A stretch of 64,000 bases of DNA from an uncultured Verrucomicrobiota bacterium (lineage in GTDB: Bacteria; Verrucomicrobiota; Kiritimatiellia; CAJWTS01), in contig CAJWTS010000006.1 in assembly GCA_913047795.1 (NCBI GenBank), forward strand, positions 19,363 through 83,362, given 5' to 3'. Made by a program: the position numbers and the translations under genes. Position 1 is the stretch's first letter. Every line of letters begins with the position of its first letter. Below, piece after piece: positions 9,530 through 21,839 of the stretch. Under the pieces are notes generated by a model. The model worked only from the letters and a program-made list of their open reading frames with translations. It was not told the origin of the DNA and searched no databases.

Positions 9530-10636
9530 ATGTCGAGGTGCCGAATTTTATGTGTAGTCGGAACGCGACCGGAAGCCATCAAGATGGCGCCGGTCATCCG
9601 CGAGATTCAAAAGGACCCCGATACGTTCGATCTCACGATCAAGTCAACGGGTCAGCATCGTGAAATGCTGGTGCAGGCACTGAGTACCTTTTCGATCACC
9701 CCGAATGTCGACCTCGACATCATGGCCGGCGGCCAAACGCTGGCCTACGTGACCAGCGAAGTGCTGACCGCCATGCAGAGCTATCTGCAAAACAACGAGA
9801 CGGACGTGGTCATGGTACAGGGCGATACAACGACCACCATGGCCGCCGCAATGGCGAGTTTTTATAACGGCGTACGCGTGGCGCACGTCGAGGCCGGATT
9901 GCGTACCTGGAACGGCTGGGAACCCTTCCCCGAGGAGATGAACCGGCGCGTGACGAGCCTCGTGGGCCACTATCACTTTGCGCCGACGGACCTGTCCGCG
10001 CAGAACCTGCTCCGCGAGGGAGTCGATCCGGCACGCGTGCATGTGACTGGGAATCCGGTCGTCGATGCTCTGATGTATGTGCTGGAGCACACCGAAGCAC
10101 CGCCCACGCCGATCGCGGAGGGGCGGCCGTATATCCTGATGACCTGCCACCGGCGCGAAAGCTTTGGTGAGCCGATCCGGGAGATCTTTGGCGCGATTCG
10201 AGCGTTTGCGCAGACACATCCCGAGCTTTCGATATGGTATCCGGTGCATCCCAACCCGAAGGCCAAGGAACCGGCACACGAGATCCTTGGCGACTTGGAG
10301 AACGTCGTTTTGAGCGAGCCACTAGATTACGTGGGTTTCGTGCATGCCATGAAGGGCGCTTACCTTGTTGTATCGGATTCCGGCGGGGTCCAGGAAGAGG
10401 CACCGTCGCTTGGAAAACCGGTCCTGGTCTTGCGCGATGTCACGGAACGGCCCGAAGCCGTGGAAGCCGGGACCTGTCGGCTTGTCGGGCCGCACCGAGA
10501 CCGCATACTCGAGTCCCTGGAACGGCTCCTGTCGGACAAGGCAGAATATCAGCGAATGGCGGGAATCAGCAATCCCTTCGGGGATGGCGCCGCCGCGGAG
10601 CGTATCGTATCCCTCATCCGCGACGACTACGCCTGA
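9530..10636 (+). CDS. wecB: UDP-N-acetylglucosamine 2-epimerase (non-hydrolysing), makes UDP-ManNAc
   Basis: MSRCRILCVVGTRPEAIKMAPV..., DIMAGGQTL, HVEAGLRT, classic Epimerase_2 signatures. ATG at 9530 with AAGGG upstream. 29 nt after the previous gene. Confidence 0.9.
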   Translation: MSRCRILCVVGTRPEAIKMAPVIREIQKDPDTFDLTIKSTGQHREMLVQALSTFSITPNVDLDIMAGGQTLAYVTSEVLTAMQSYLQNNETDVVMVQGDTTTTMAAAMASFYNGVRVAHVEAGLRTWNGWEPFPEEMNRRVTSLVGHYHFAPTDLSAQNLLREGVDPARVHVTGNPVVDALMYVLEHTEAPPTPIAEGRPYILMTCHRRESFGEPIREIFGAIRAFAQTHPELSIWYPVHPNPKAKEPAHEILGDLENVVLSEPLDYVGFVHAMKGAYLVVSDSGGVQEEAPSLGKPVLVLRDVTERPEAVEAGTCRLVGPHRDRILESLERLLSDKAEYQRMAGISNPFGDGAAAERIVSLIRDDYA

Positions 10637-10779
10637 GAATCTGCTTGATGTTCAAACCGTCGATCTGCTAGACCGCATGTTCCGGTTCGGTCCGCATCGC
10701 ACAGCAGATCACGCGCGATCCGGGTTAGCAGGGCGGTGGGATTTTAAGGCTGGCGACAGCTGTCGCGAAAGAAACGAAT

Positions 10780-11604
10780 ATGAACGAGGATAACGACAAG
10801 AAAGAAACAGCACCGGAAGCGGTACCGGAAGCGGTACCGGAAACGGCGTTGGACACCGCGGTCACCGAGACACAAGAGCAGGCGGTACCCCAGGCGACGT
10901 TCGCGAGATACGGCAAGTGGGCCGTGTTTGCCGTCTGCGCCGTGGGAATTCCCGTTGTCGGAATGTTCATGTACACCGCCTCGCAGCGCGCGAAGGTGCG
11001 GCGTGCGGCCGAATTGGTGGGCGCGGCCCGGAACGTGGTGCAGCTACAGAAGGTCCTGGACCAATACCCCGACGCACCCGCGGCGGCACATGCCAAGCTC
11101 GCGATGGCCAAGGCGTATTTCGACCAGAGCAATTATGCCGGTGCGCTCAAGATCTACCAGTCCTTCGAGCAGGAATATCCGGAGCATTACTTTGTTCTTG
11201 CGGCGCGCCTGGGTATTCACACCTGTGGCGAGGCGCTCGGCACCACGCTCTACCGACAGGGCCAGAGCATGGCGGCGCGCGAGAAGCTTGAGGCGGCACG
11301 GAACGGATACCGCAGTTTCGTTGACGCGAATCCGGATCATTTTCTGGTCGCGCAGGCGATCTTCGGCGAAGCAAGCTGTCACCAGCAACTGGGCCGACTG
11401 CAGGACGCGCGGATTCTATATGAGGATTTCATCACGACCTCGACGAACAGCCCCTGGGTACAGCTTGCGGAACGACAACTCGCGGCCGTCGAACGCGATA
11501 TCGAGCGGACCGAGCGGGGAGAACCGGCGCGCGAGACGGTGATTACGCCTCTCGGCATCCCCGCGGAGTCGGCATGGCAACTCCCCGAAACATTCGGGCC
11601 GTAG
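10780..11604 (+). CDS. Membrane-anchored TPR-like protein (YfgM/YbgF-like architecture), function unknown
   Basis: Acidic N-terminus with repeated PEAV, one TM (WAVFAVCAVGIPVVGMFMY), then helical repeat region rich in A/L/Y. Confidence 0.45.
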   Translation: MNEDNDKKETAPEAVPEAVPETALDTAVTETQEQAVPQATFARYGKWAVFAVCAVGIPVVGMFMYTASQRAKVRRAAELVGAARNVVQLQKVLDQYPDAPAAAHAKLAMAKAYFDQSNYAGALKIYQSFEQEYPEHYFVLAARLGIHTCGEALGTTLYRQGQSMAAREKLEAARNGYRSFVDANPDHFLVAQAIFGEASCHQQLGRLQDARILYEDFITTSTNSPWVQLAERQLAAVERDIERTERGEPARETVITPLGIPAESAWQLPETFGP

Positions 11605-11625
11605 GAAACGTGGTGCGGATGCAGG

Positions 11626-11817
11626 CTAGGACTTGTCCGCGTCGGGCGGATCAGCCGCGTCGTCATCCTTGCCCTTCTTGAATTCCGTCAGGCTGCGACC
11701 CAACGACCGCGCCAGTTCCGGCAGGCGCTTGGCGCCGAATAGCAACAGGACGACAAAAAGCACAATCAGGATCTCCCCGATGCCGGGGGGTCCAGAAAAT
11801 AGAGCCAGAGGACTCAT
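11626..11817 (-). CDS. tatA: Twin-arginine translocase subunit TatA/E
   Basis: [49 protein letters not shown], typical TatA TM plus amphipathic helix. Start chosen at the internal Met of the 82-aa ORF. Confidence 0.75.
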   Translation of the reverse strand: MSPLALFSGPPGIGEILIVLFVVLLLFGAKRLPELARSLGRSLTEFKKGKDDDAADPPDADKS

Positions 11818-11979
11818 GGCAGCGTCAAAAATTGATTGTGTGTTCATCTCGCCCGGATCCAGTACTCTGTGCAAGCGGGTATTGGCGCTCCGCCTGCGCG
11901 CGCGGCATCTCCGTGCTACAGGAGTATCCTTGGCACAACAGCCCTAATCAAGGGCAAACTTGAAGGAGCCGGGAAAATC

Positions 11980-12447
11980 GTGGCGGCAACGGGAACCAAG
12001 AAAATTGTGACGAATCGCAAGGCGTTCAGGGACTATGAAATCCTTGAGCGCGTTGAGGCGGGCATTGAGTTACGCGGCACCGAAGTCAAATCGGCTCGGA
12101 ATGGCCACGTACGCCTCGATGGTAGTTTCGCACGTATAGATGGCCGGCAGGTTTGGCTGACGGATGCTCGTATCGAGCCCTACGACCATGGCAACCAGTT
12201 TAATCACGACCCCGTCCGTGCGCGGCGCCTGCTGCTGCACCGTAACGAAATTCGTCGCCTGACCGAGCACGCGGAGCGGCAGGGACACACGCTGGTTCCG
12301 CTCAGCATGTATTTCAAGCGCGGGATTCTAAAGGTGGAACTCGGGATCTGCCGCGGCAAGGCCAGTCGCGACAAGCGCGACGACATGAAGGCAAAGACCG
12401 CGGATCGCGAAGCCGAACGTGCCATGGCCGATCATCAACGCCAGTAA
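11980..12447 (+). CDS. smpB: SsrA-binding protein SmpB
   Basis: IVTNRKAFRDYEILERVEAGIELRGTEVKS...LLLHRNEIRRL. GTG start at 11980 preceded by GAAGGAG. The N-terminal extension of the 203-aa ORF was rejected. Confidence 0.85.
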   Translation: MAATGTKKIVTNRKAFRDYEILERVEAGIELRGTEVKSARNGHVRLDGSFARIDGRQVWLTDARIEPYDHGNQFNHDPVRARRLLLHRNEIRRLTEHAERQGHTLVPLSMYFKRGILKVELGICRGKASRDKRDDMKAKTADREAERAMADHQRQ

Positions 12448-12553
12448 CACCGACGTGGCGTAACGCGAGGGTACCCGCCGAACCCGGGACCTTGCTCGTC
12501 CTTCGATACGCGCCGGACGCGACAATGCGGCCTCACGCGGCAGGACGAATCCC

Positions 12554-13936
12554 CTACTCCACGTAACCCAGCGCGCGCAGCTTCGCGCGCTCCTCTTCGC
12601 CCAGGATCCGCTGCCCCGGGGGCGCGGTGACGTACCGGCGCCATGCATCGAGGACGGGGGTCAGCCGCGTCACGACAGCGGGCCGGGCGTCGTAGAGGTT
12701 TTCCAGTTCGCCGGGGTCGCGGCCGAGGTCATAGAGCTCCCGACGCCGCTCGTCTTCCGCGATGATCAGCTTCCAGTCCTCTACGCGAACGGCGAATTGC
12801 TCCCCGCCCAGAACGACCTTGCGCAACTTACGGCCCGGCGAGTAGAACTGCCGATAGAGAAAAATCGGGCGCGAGGCGAGGTCCCTGTCCTCGTTGCTCC
12901 GCCAACCGACGCCCAGGTCCAGGCCGTCGATCTCCTCCGGCGCCCCAATGCCGAGGGCTCCCAGAATCGTGGGCAGCACATCAACCTGTTCCACGGGCAG
13001 GCTGCGCCGCCCGGGCCGCAGCCTGCCCGGCCAGCGCATCATCAGCGGGACGCGTACCGATTCTTCGTAAATATTCACGGCATGGTATGGATCGTTGTGC
13101 TGCGTGAGGCCCTGGCCGTGGTCTCCCGTGATCACGACCAGTGTCGTTTTGGCCAGACCCAGTTTGTCGAGCGCGGCTAGCACTCGCCCGATTTCATCGT
13201 CGACGTAGGCGATCTCCCCATCATATCCGGCGCCCAGATTGTTGCGTCCCGCGGCCAGGCGTCGCGCGTATTCGATCGGAGGGCGGTAGGGTTCGTGCGG
13301 ATCGAAATAATGAAGGGTCAGCAGGAACGGCCGGTGTGGCTTGCGTGTCCGCGTCAGCCACTCGACGGCGCGACGCGAAACCACCGTCGCGCGACGATCA
13401 AAGCCGTCCCGAATCGCGATACCTTCCCATTCCTGGATATCGAACTTGCCCTCATCGCGCCCGAAATCCTGCTGATAGACGTCGTAGCCCTGGGCGAACC
13501 CGAAGCGCGCGTCCAGCACAAAGGAGCCGAGAACGGCCGCGGTCTGGTAGCCCTCGTCGCGCAACACCTCGGCCAGCGTGTGGTGGCGTTCCGCGAGCAC
13601 GACCGCGTTGGCGTTGACCCCGTGGCGCGGCGCGTAGATGCCCGTAAAGAGCGTGGCGTGGCTGGGTCCCGTCGTGGACGAGGCGGCGTATGCATTATCG
13701 AACACAACGGCGTCCGCGGCGAATGCCTCGAGGTTTGGCGTTGACGGTCGTGCGTAACCATACACCGACATGTGATCGGCGCGTATCGTATCGATTGAAA
13801 TCAACAGGACGCCGGGCGGCGGATGACGGCTGCCGCAGCCCAGATGGAGCAGAAGAAGGGACGTGCCGGCGAGCGCCAGGAGAGCGCTGGAGCGCAGGCA
13901 CCTGGACGGACGGAAATGGAGGCCAAGCTTCATCAC
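12554..13936 (-). CDS. Sulfatase-like (alkaline-phosphatase superfamily, PF00884-type) secreted lipoprotein; the nucleophile position carries Thr rather than Cys/Ser
   Basis: Lipoprotein signal (LLLLHLGCGS). LLISIDTIRADH metal-binding motif. SSTTGPSHATLFTG in the position of the sulfatase C/S-x-P-x-R motif. Confidence 0.7.
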   Translation of the reverse strand: MMKLGLHFRPSRCLRSSALLALAGTSLLLLHLGCGSRHPPPGVLLISIDTIRADHMSVYGYARPSTPNLEAFAADAVVFDNAYAASSTTGPSHATLFTGIYAPRHGVNANAVVLAERHHTLAEVLRDEGYQTAAVLGSFVLDARFGFAQGYDVYQQDFGRDEGKFDIQEWEGIAIRDGFDRRATVVSRRAVEWLTRTRKPHRPFLLTLHYFDPHEPYRPPIEYARRLAAGRNNLGAGYDGEIAYVDDEIGRVLAALDKLGLAKTTLVVITGDHGQGLTQHNDPYHAVNIYEESVRVPLMMRWPGRLRPGRRSLPVEQVDVLPTILGALGIGAPEEIDGLDLGVGWRSNEDRDLASRPIFLYRQFYSPGRKLRKVVLGGEQFAVRVEDWKLIIAEDERRRELYDLGRDPGELENLYDARPAVVTRLTPVLDAWRRYVTAPPGQRILGEEERAKLRALGYVE

Positions 13937-14013
13937 CGTGAGAATATCAGATCTCGGCCGCGCGACAAATGTCGGCCGCGCGAGAAAGGAAGATTGCGAA
14001 GGGTGGCGACCCG

Positions 14014-14235
14014 CTACTCTGCGTCGGTAGTGGGCGAAAAAGAGAGCTCGGCGATGATCAGGCCGTCCGCGATTTCCCGCAAGGCGATGTCCAGCGGCTC
14101 TTCGTTGGGGCCGGTGGGCTGCAGGTAGGGGCGCGCGCCGTTGTTAAGCTGACGCACGCGCTTGGAAACCATGTTTATCAGCACGGGTATATTGGTCACG
14201 CGCTTCTTGGCGGCATTGAGGAGTTCAACGTTCAA
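14014..14235 (-). CDS. rpoZ: DNA-directed RNA polymerase subunit omega
   Basis: 73 aa. KRVTNIPVLINMVSKRVRQL...ALREIADGLI resembles omega (ARVT...RRARQ...ALREIEEGLI). Confidence 0.55.
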   Translation of the reverse strand: MNVELLNAAKKRVTNIPVLINMVSKRVRQLNNGARPYLQPTGPNEEPLDIALREIADGLIIAELSFSPTTDAE

Positions 14236-14297
14236 CAGTCACCTCCGAGGGTCGGTTGGCAAGAATTGGGCTCGGGGGGGCATCCCGCCTGGCCCAA

Positions 14298-14327
14298 GAA
14301 AAATGGGGTGCACAGAGTGTGCGCCCC
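14298..14327 (-). terminator. Rho-independent terminator after groEL (stem GGGGCGCACA/UGUGCACCCC with one mismatch, then AUUUUU on the minus strand)
   Basis: Read directly 25-55 nt downstream of the groEL stop. Confidence 0.5.
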
Positions 14328-14353
14328 ATTCTCCTGAGTCAAACATTATTATC

Positions 14354-15994
<1,641 letters not shown>

Positions 15995-16024
15995 CTATAT
16001 CTCCTTTTTAGTAACCGAAAAGGG

Positions 16025-16312
16025 TTATTCGACGATGCCGAGGATGTCATCCTCGCGCATAATCTGGTATTCCTTGTCGTCAATTTTGACTTCCGTCCCA
16101 CCGTATTTCGGCATCAGGATGGCGTCGCCTTTTTTCACGTTGAACGGGATAACCTTGCCGTCATCATCACGCTTGCCCGTTCCAAGTGCGATGACCTTTC
16201 CCTGTTGGGGCTTTTCCTTGGCTGTGTCAGGAATGATTATTCCGCCCTTCTCAACCTCACCATTTTCCTGAGGCTGAACAAGAATTCGATCACCCAGTGG
16301 CTTGATCTTCAT
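16025..16312 (-). CDS. groES: Co-chaperonin GroES (Hsp10)
   Basis: 95 aa. [14 protein letters not shown]...GKVIALGTG. Confidence 0.95.
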   Translation of the reverse strand: MKIKPLGDRILVQPQENGEVEKGGIIIPDTAKEKPQQGKVIALGTGKRDDDGKVIPFNVKKGDAILMPKYGGTEVKIDDKEYQIMREDDILGIVE

Positions 16313-16366
16313 CTTTTCTCCCTCCTTCGTTTTGTTTTAGCGGCCGCAGCCGCCACGTTGTTACTG

Positions 16367-18292
16367 TTACTTCTTGTCGTCGACCATTTCGAAGTCGGCA
16401 TCGATGACATCCTCGTCCTTACCCTGCTCCTCCCCCGCTTCTTGGTCGGGTCCGGGCGCGTCGCCGTCCGCGGGGCTGTCTTCGGCGGCCTCGGGATCGT
16501 CGGTCTGGGTATAGAGATCGGCCGTTACGGCCTGCATCTCCGTGTTGAGAGTTTCGATGGCCGCCTTCATCTGGTCCGTGTCGCCGGACTCGATGGCCTT
16601 CTTTAAGCCGTCAATTGCGCCTTCGACCGTGCTCTTTTTCTCGGCATCGATCTTCTCGCCGTTGTCGTTCATGAGCTTCTCGGTCTGGTACACCAGATTC
16701 TCCGCGAGGTTGCGCGTCTCGACCTTATCGCGCTCCTCCTTGTCCTGCTCGGCGTTCTTCTCGGCATCGGAGACCATGGAATTGATCTCATCTTCGGACA
16801 GGCCGCTTGCGGCGGTGATCGTGATCTTCTGCTCCTTGCCGGTGCCGAGATCCTTGGCGGAGACGTTCAGAATGCCGTTGGCGTCGATATCAAAGCTGAC
16901 CTCAACCTGGGGCGTGCCACGCACCGCTGGCGGGATGCCATCGAGATGAAAGCGTCCGATCGACTTGCCGTCCTTGGCCATCTTGCGCTCGCCCTGCAGC
17001 ACGTGAATCTCAACCGTGGGCTGGTTGTCGGCCGCGGTGCTGAATATCTCGCTCTTCTTCGTGGGAATCGTCGTGTTGCGTTCGATCAGCGGCGTGAAGA
17101 CTCCACCCAGGGTCTCGATGCCCAGCGTCAACGGCGTCACGTCGAGCAGGAGCACGTCTTTTACATCGCCCTGTAGGATGCCGCCCTGAATCGACGCGCC
17201 CGTGGCAACAACCTCGTCCGGGTTCATGCCCTTGTGCGGCTCCTTGCCAAAAAGCTCCTGGCACATCGCCTGCACCTTCGGCATGCGGGTCATGCCGCCC
17301 ACCAGGATCGACTCGTCAATACCGTCCAGATCCGCATCCTTCAGACAGGACCGTACCGGGTCCGCCGTCCGCTCAATGAGGCTATCGACCAGCTGCTCGA
17401 GGGTCGCACGCGAAAGCGTCACGTTCAAATGTTGCGGCCCGGATTCGTCGGCGGTGATGAAGGGCAGGTTGATGTCGGTCTCTTGCGTGCTCGAAAGCTC
17501 GCATTTTGCCTTCTCCGCCGACTCCTTCAGGCGTTGCAGGGCCATCGTATCCTGCGAGAGGTCGATGCCCTTGTCCTTCTTGAACTCCGCGACGAGCCAG
17601 TTGATGACGGCCTCGTCGAAATCGTCTCCTCCAAGGTGCGTATCGCCGTTGGTCGCCTTGACTTCGAAAACGCCGTCGCCGATGTCCAGCACGGACACGT
17701 CAAAGGTTCCGCCGCCGAGATCGTAAACGGCGATCTTCTCGTCCTTCTTCTTATCCAGGCCGTATGCCAGCGCGGCCGCGGTCGGTTCGTTGATGATGCG
17801 CAGCAGATTGAGCCCTGCGATGCGCCCGGCATCCTTGGTCGCCTGGCGCTGGCTGTCGTTGAAATACGCTGGGACCGTCACCACGGCATCCGTAATAGGC
17901 TCTCCCAGGTAGGCCTCGGCGTCCACCTTCAGCTTCTGCAGAATCATCGAAGAGATTTCTTGTGGCGTGTAGGTCTTGTCGGCGACCTGGATGTTGACGT
18001 CGCCGTTGTCGGCCTTGACAACATCGTAAGGCACCAGCGAGATCTCGTGGGCCACCTCGTCGTACTTGCGGCCCATGAATCGCTTGATCGAAAAAATCGT
18101 GTTCTCGGGGTTGGTGACAGCCTGCCGCTTGGCAGCCTGCCCCACAAGGCGCTCGCCGCTCTTGGTGAAGGCGACGACCGAAGGTGTCGTACGCCCGCCT
18201 TCGGCATTGGGGATGACCGTCGGCTCACCACCTTCGAGTACAGCCATACAGGAGTTTGTCGTGCCAAGGTCTATTCCAATTACTTTTCCCAT
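16367..18292 (-). CDS. dnaK: Molecular chaperone DnaK (Hsp70)
   Basis: 641 aa. [23 protein letters not shown], acidic C-terminus. Sits directly upstream of groES on the same strand. Confidence 0.95.
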   Translation of the reverse strand: MGKVIGIDLGTTNSCMAVLEGGEPTVIPNAEGGRTTPSVVAFTKSGERLVGQAAKRQAVTNPENTIFSIKRFMGRKYDEVAHEISLVPYDVVKADNGDVNIQVADKTYTPQEISSMILQKLKVDAEAYLGEPITDAVVTVPAYFNDSQRQATKDAGRIAGLNLLRIINEPTAAALAYGLDKKKDEKIAVYDLGGGTFDVSVLDIGDGVFEVKATNGDTHLGGDDFDEAVINWLVAEFKKDKGIDLSQDTMALQRLKESAEKAKCELSSTQETDINLPFITADESGPQHLNVTLSRATLEQLVDSLIERTADPVRSCLKDADLDGIDESILVGGMTRMPKVQAMCQELFGKEPHKGMNPDEVVATGASIQGGILQGDVKDVLLLDVTPLTLGIETLGGVFTPLIERNTTIPTKKSEIFSTAADNQPTVEIHVLQGERKMAKDGKSIGRFHLDGIPPAVRGTPQVEVSFDIDANGILNVSAKDLGTGKEQKITITAASGLSEDEINSMVSDAEKNAEQDKEERDKVETRNLAENLVYQTEKLMNDNGEKIDAEKKSTVEGAIDGLKKAIESGDTDQMKAAIETLNTEMQAVTADLYTQTDDPEAAEDSPADGDAPGPDQEAGEEQGKDEDVIDADFEMVDDKK

Positions 18293-18814
18293 CGGTCCGC
18301 CCTTTCGTTACTCGGGTAATCGCCAAACATAGTTCGACCGCGTTGACGCATCGCTTAAAGCAGCATGTATGCCACCGCAACCCCACAACACCGCCGGATC
18401 GCCGGACAGTCGCAATTCGGGCTGTTTCTAACACGAAAACGTGCAAACATTCTGCAAGGCGTCGCGCAACGCAATTGCCGAATGCGTGTCCATTTGTCCC
18501 ACATCCGGACATGTTGCCGGGTTTCGTGACGATCTGTCTCGCCACGGTGTGACACGTCTTGATCTGCATCGTCCACGCGTCGCAACCCCGCGTTACGACA
18601 TGTAGTAGGTTGTCCCCCTGAGACACACCACAGTGATCGAATCCGATAGGCGGTAACAGCGGTGTCCGCATCGCGTGCTCGTCATCACGGTTCGGGACGC
18701 TGGAGGCCCTGTCCTCCGTGGCTACGCCCCGCCGCAGACAGAAAGGGCGAAGGAGGATCGAAAACCCGCAATTCCGCTTGCCATGCGATACACTTTTGTA
18801 ACAATGCTGGCTCC

Positions 18815-20395
18815 ATGGCATCAGCTCCCACCACAACCGCGCGTGCGGCGCAGGACGAACTCGAAGCGCTGTATCACATCTCGCAGACGACCACGGCGCA
18901 TCACGACGATGTGAGCGCCCTTCTGATGGAGGTGCTCAAAATTCTAGAAACCGAGCGCGGCATGGGGCACGGCACGCTGACCCTGCGCCGGCCCGACACC
19001 GACGTGTTCGTCATCGAGGCGTCGCGCGGTCTCTCCAGTGCTGAACGCGAACGCGGTCAGTACCGGCTCGGCGAGGGCGTCACCGGTCGCGTTGCAAAGA
19101 GCCGCATCCCGGCACTCGTGCCCGATGTCAGCAAGGACGACGAATTCCTGAACTTGACCGGCTCGCGCAAGAAAATGAAGACCGCATTCCTCTGTGTGCC
19201 CATCACCTACCGTCGCCGCGTGATTGGAACCCTGAGTGCTGATCGACCGACGGCGACAAACGACGTCCTCGATCGCGAACTGAACTTCCTGAAACTGGTT
19301 GCCGGCCTGCTGGCCGAAGCCGTGGCTGCCTCGCGCGAGCAGCTGCAGGAGCGCGAAAGCCTGCTGGCCGAGAACACTCTGCTGCGTCAGCAACTCGGCC
19401 AGAGCTACCATCCCAATAACATGGTGGGCACGAGCCGCGTGATCCGATCCGTCTACGGCCAGGTGCGCCAGGTTGCAGACAGCACGGCGACGGTCCTGGT
19501 GCGCGGTGAGTCCGGCACCGGCAAGGAGCTCGTGGCCAAGGCGATTCACTATTCAAGCGCGCGCAAGACCAAGCCCTTCATCGGCGTCAATTGCGCGGCC
19601 CTGCCGGAAAACCTGATCGAAAGTGAACTCTTTGGGCACGAGAAGGGCGCGTTCACGGGTGCCGAGAAGCAGCGGCACGGGCGCTTTGAACTCGCTGACG
19701 GCGGAACCCTATTCCTGGATGAAATCGGTGATATCTCGCCGGCCGTTCAGGTCCGGCTGCTGCGCGTCCTGCAGGAACGCTGCTTCGAGCGCGTTGGGGG
19801 TTCACGGACCATCAAGATCGACGTGCGCATCATCGCCGCGACGAGCCGGGACCTGGAGCAGGCCATAGAGGATGACCGGTTTCGCGGCGACCTCTACTAC
19901 CGGCTCAATGTGTTCCCGGTGCATCTGCCGCCCTTGCGCGAGCGCCGCTCGGATATCCTGCTCCTGGCCGAACACTTTCTGAAGCAATACAGCGAATCCT
20001 ATGCGAAGGACATCCGCCGCATCTCCACCCCGGCGATCAACATGATGATGGAGTATCATTGGCCCGGCAACGTGCGCGAACTCGAGAATTGCATCGAACG
20101 TGCGGTCTTGAGCAGTGCTGACAACGTGATCCACGCGTATTCGCTGCCACCCTCGTTGCAGACGAGCGAAGAAACAGACACCGCGCTGTTGCCGTCCGAC
20201 GGCGCCAGCCTCAAGACGCTGGTCGATTCCTATGAACGCGAGGTTATCGTGGATGGGCTGAAGCACTGCGGGGGAAACGCCGCCGCCACCGCTCGTCACC
20301 TCAAGACCACCAAGCGTATCTTGAACTACAAAATCAAGCACATGAACATCAAGGCGGAGCGCTACCGTGGCCCGGCGGACGAAAATGGATCGTAA
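18815..20395 (+). CDS. Sigma-54-dependent transcriptional activator (enhancer-binding protein), GAF - AAA+ - HTH (NifA/FhlA-like)
   Basis: [15 protein letters not shown] (Walker A), EKGAFTGA (GAFTGA sigma-54 contact motif), C-terminal HTH. Start moved to the internal ATG at 18815. Confidence 0.85.
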   Translation: MASAPTTTARAAQDELEALYHISQTTTAHHDDVSALLMEVLKILETERGMGHGTLTLRRPDTDVFVIEASRGLSSAERERGQYRLGEGVTGRVAKSRIPALVPDVSKDDEFLNLTGSRKKMKTAFLCVPITYRRRVIGTLSADRPTATNDVLDRELNFLKLVAGLLAEAVAASREQLQERESLLAENTLLRQQLGQSYHPNNMVGTSRVIRSVYGQVRQVADSTATVLVRGESGTGKELVAKAIHYSSARKTKPFIGVNCAALPENLIESELFGHEKGAFTGAEKQRHGRFELADGGTLFLDEIGDISPAVQVRLLRVLQERCFERVGGSRTIKIDVRIIAATSRDLEQAIEDDRFRGDLYYRLNVFPVHLPPLRERRSDILLLAEHFLKQYSESYAKDIRRISTPAINMMMEYHWPGNVRELENCIERAVLSSADNVIHAYSLPPSLQTSEETDTALLPSDGASLKTLVDSYEREVIVDGLKHCGGNAAATARHLKTTKRILNYKIKHMNIKAERYRGPADENGS

Positions 20396-21839
20396 CGGCG
20401 CATGTCGGAGACTGGCCGCGCTGGCGATCGTCGCCGCATCGCTGGCCGCACCTTGCCGCGCGCACGACGATCTGACCCCGGAAGAGGTGCTGGACCTCAC
20501 GGGCAGGGCGCTCGCTTCCATCGCGCGCCGCGCTATTCCCTGCGTGGTGCACGTCTGGGCCGACAATCGCCCCCCGTCACCGGACGCGGAGAAGGAAGAA
20601 GGCCTGACGCCCGAGATGCAGGAACGGATGCGACAGCTATGGATGCACCCGGACTTACGACGCTTGCATGGTCCCTTTCCGTTTCGCCGTCGCCGTGAAG
20701 GCACCGGGCTGATCGTCAGCGAGGACGGATACATTGTCTCCAATCACCACGTCGTGGGCGACGCCGATTCGATCAAGGTGCGCCTGCATGATGGACGTGA
20801 GTTCGATGCGACGGTCGTGGGCACGGACGCAAAATCGGAAATAGCGGTGATTAAGATCACGGCTGAAAAGCTCCCCGTCTTGCCCGACGGCGATTCCACA
20901 GAACTCGACGTGGGGGAATGGGTCATGGCCATCGGGAATCCATTTGGGCTGAGCGAGACCGTGACCGTCGGGGTGGTCAGCGCCAAGGGCCGCAGCGGTT
21001 TGGCCATCGCCGAATACGAGGATTTCATTCAGACGGACGCGGCGATCAATCCCGGCAATTCGGGCGGGCCGCTGATCGACAAGCAGGGCAAGGTCATCGG
21101 CATCTGTACGGCGATCGTGAGCGGCACGGGTAGCTACATGGGCGTGGGCCTCGCCGTTCCAATGAGTATGGCGCGAGGCGTGATTGATCAGTTGATTCAA
21201 AGTGGGCACGTCACGCGCGGATTTCTCGGCGTCTACATTCAGAACGTGAATCATGAAATGGCGGAATTTTTCGGCCTCAAGGCGGCCGGTGGCATCATCA
21301 TCGCCGAGGTGCTCAAGGGTTCCGCGGCCGACCGCGCGGGCCTGAACGCAGACGATATTGTCCTGGAGCTCGACGGCCTGGCCGTGCGTAATACCAGCGC
21401 CTTCCGTAACGCTGTCGCGGCCCGTCAGCCCGGCACGCCGATCAACCTTCTGGTCTTTCGCGAGGGGCAGAAACGCAAGGTCGCCGTCACGGCCGGTGAA
21501 CACCCGGATCAGGTTGCGGCGGAAGCCCCGGCCTCGGGGCCGGATATCGATGGCCTGGGGCTTAGCGTGGAAGCCCTTCCGAAGGAACTTTCCGCCGAGA
21601 TGGACATGGACGCGGGCGTCATTGTGACCGGTGTCGCGGAAGGCAGCTTGTCCTCCGCGCAGGGGATCGAAGTCGGCAACGTTATCGCCAGCGTGAATCG
21701 TAAGCGCGTGAAGGACCCGCAGGAATTCGCGCGATTGGTTGAAGAAGCCTCCGGCCGCGGCAAGGTACTGTTGCTGGTCAAAACCGGCAATAGCACGCGT
21801 TACGTGCTCATCACGCGTTCCCCAGTAACTGCGCCTTAA
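20385..21839 (+). CDS. htrA: Periplasmic serine endoprotease DegP/HtrA family with two PDZ domains
   Basis: Signal peptide ([17 protein letters not shown]). Catalytic triad context ([13 protein letters not shown]). Two PDZ-like segments. Start overlaps the EBP stop by 11 nt. Confidence 0.85.
   Translation: MDRNGACRRLAALAIVAASLAAPCRAHDDLTPEEVLDLTGRALASIARRAIPCVVHVWADNRPPSPDAEKEEGLTPEMQERMRQLWMHPDLRRLHGPFPFRRRREGTGLIVSEDGYIVSNHHVVGDADSIKVRLHDGREFDATVVGTDAKSEIAVIKITAEKLPVLPDGDSTELDVGEWVMAIGNPFGLSETVTVGVVSAKGRSGLAIAEYEDFIQTDAAINPGNSGGPLIDKQGKVIGICTAIVSGTGSYMGVGLAVPMSMARGVIDQLIQSGHVTRGFLGVYIQNVNHEMAEFFGLKAAGGIIIAEVLKGSAADRAGLNADDIVLELDGLAVRNTSAFRNAVAARQPGTPINLLVFREGQKRKVAVTAGEHPDQVAAEAPASGPDIDGLGLSVEALPKELSAEMDMDAGVIVTGVAEGSLSSAQGIEVGNVIASVNRKRVKDPQEFARLVEEASGRGKVLLLVKTGNSTRYVLITRSPVTAP

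Noticed and set aside
12448-12553. tmRNA (ssrA) next to smpB
   Set aside because: No tRNA-like 3' end (GGTTCGAnTCC...CCA) or tag-reading frame in the gap. ssrA is presumably elsewhere.
17234-18319. 361-aa plus-strand ORF antisense to dnaK
   Set aside because: dnaK is unambiguous on the opposite strand. Antisense frame artefact.
18293-18814. CIRCE/HrcA operator upstream of dnaK
   Set aside because: No TTAGCACTC-N9-GAGTGCTAA-like dyad found by eye on either strand. Recorded as a finding instead of a feature.
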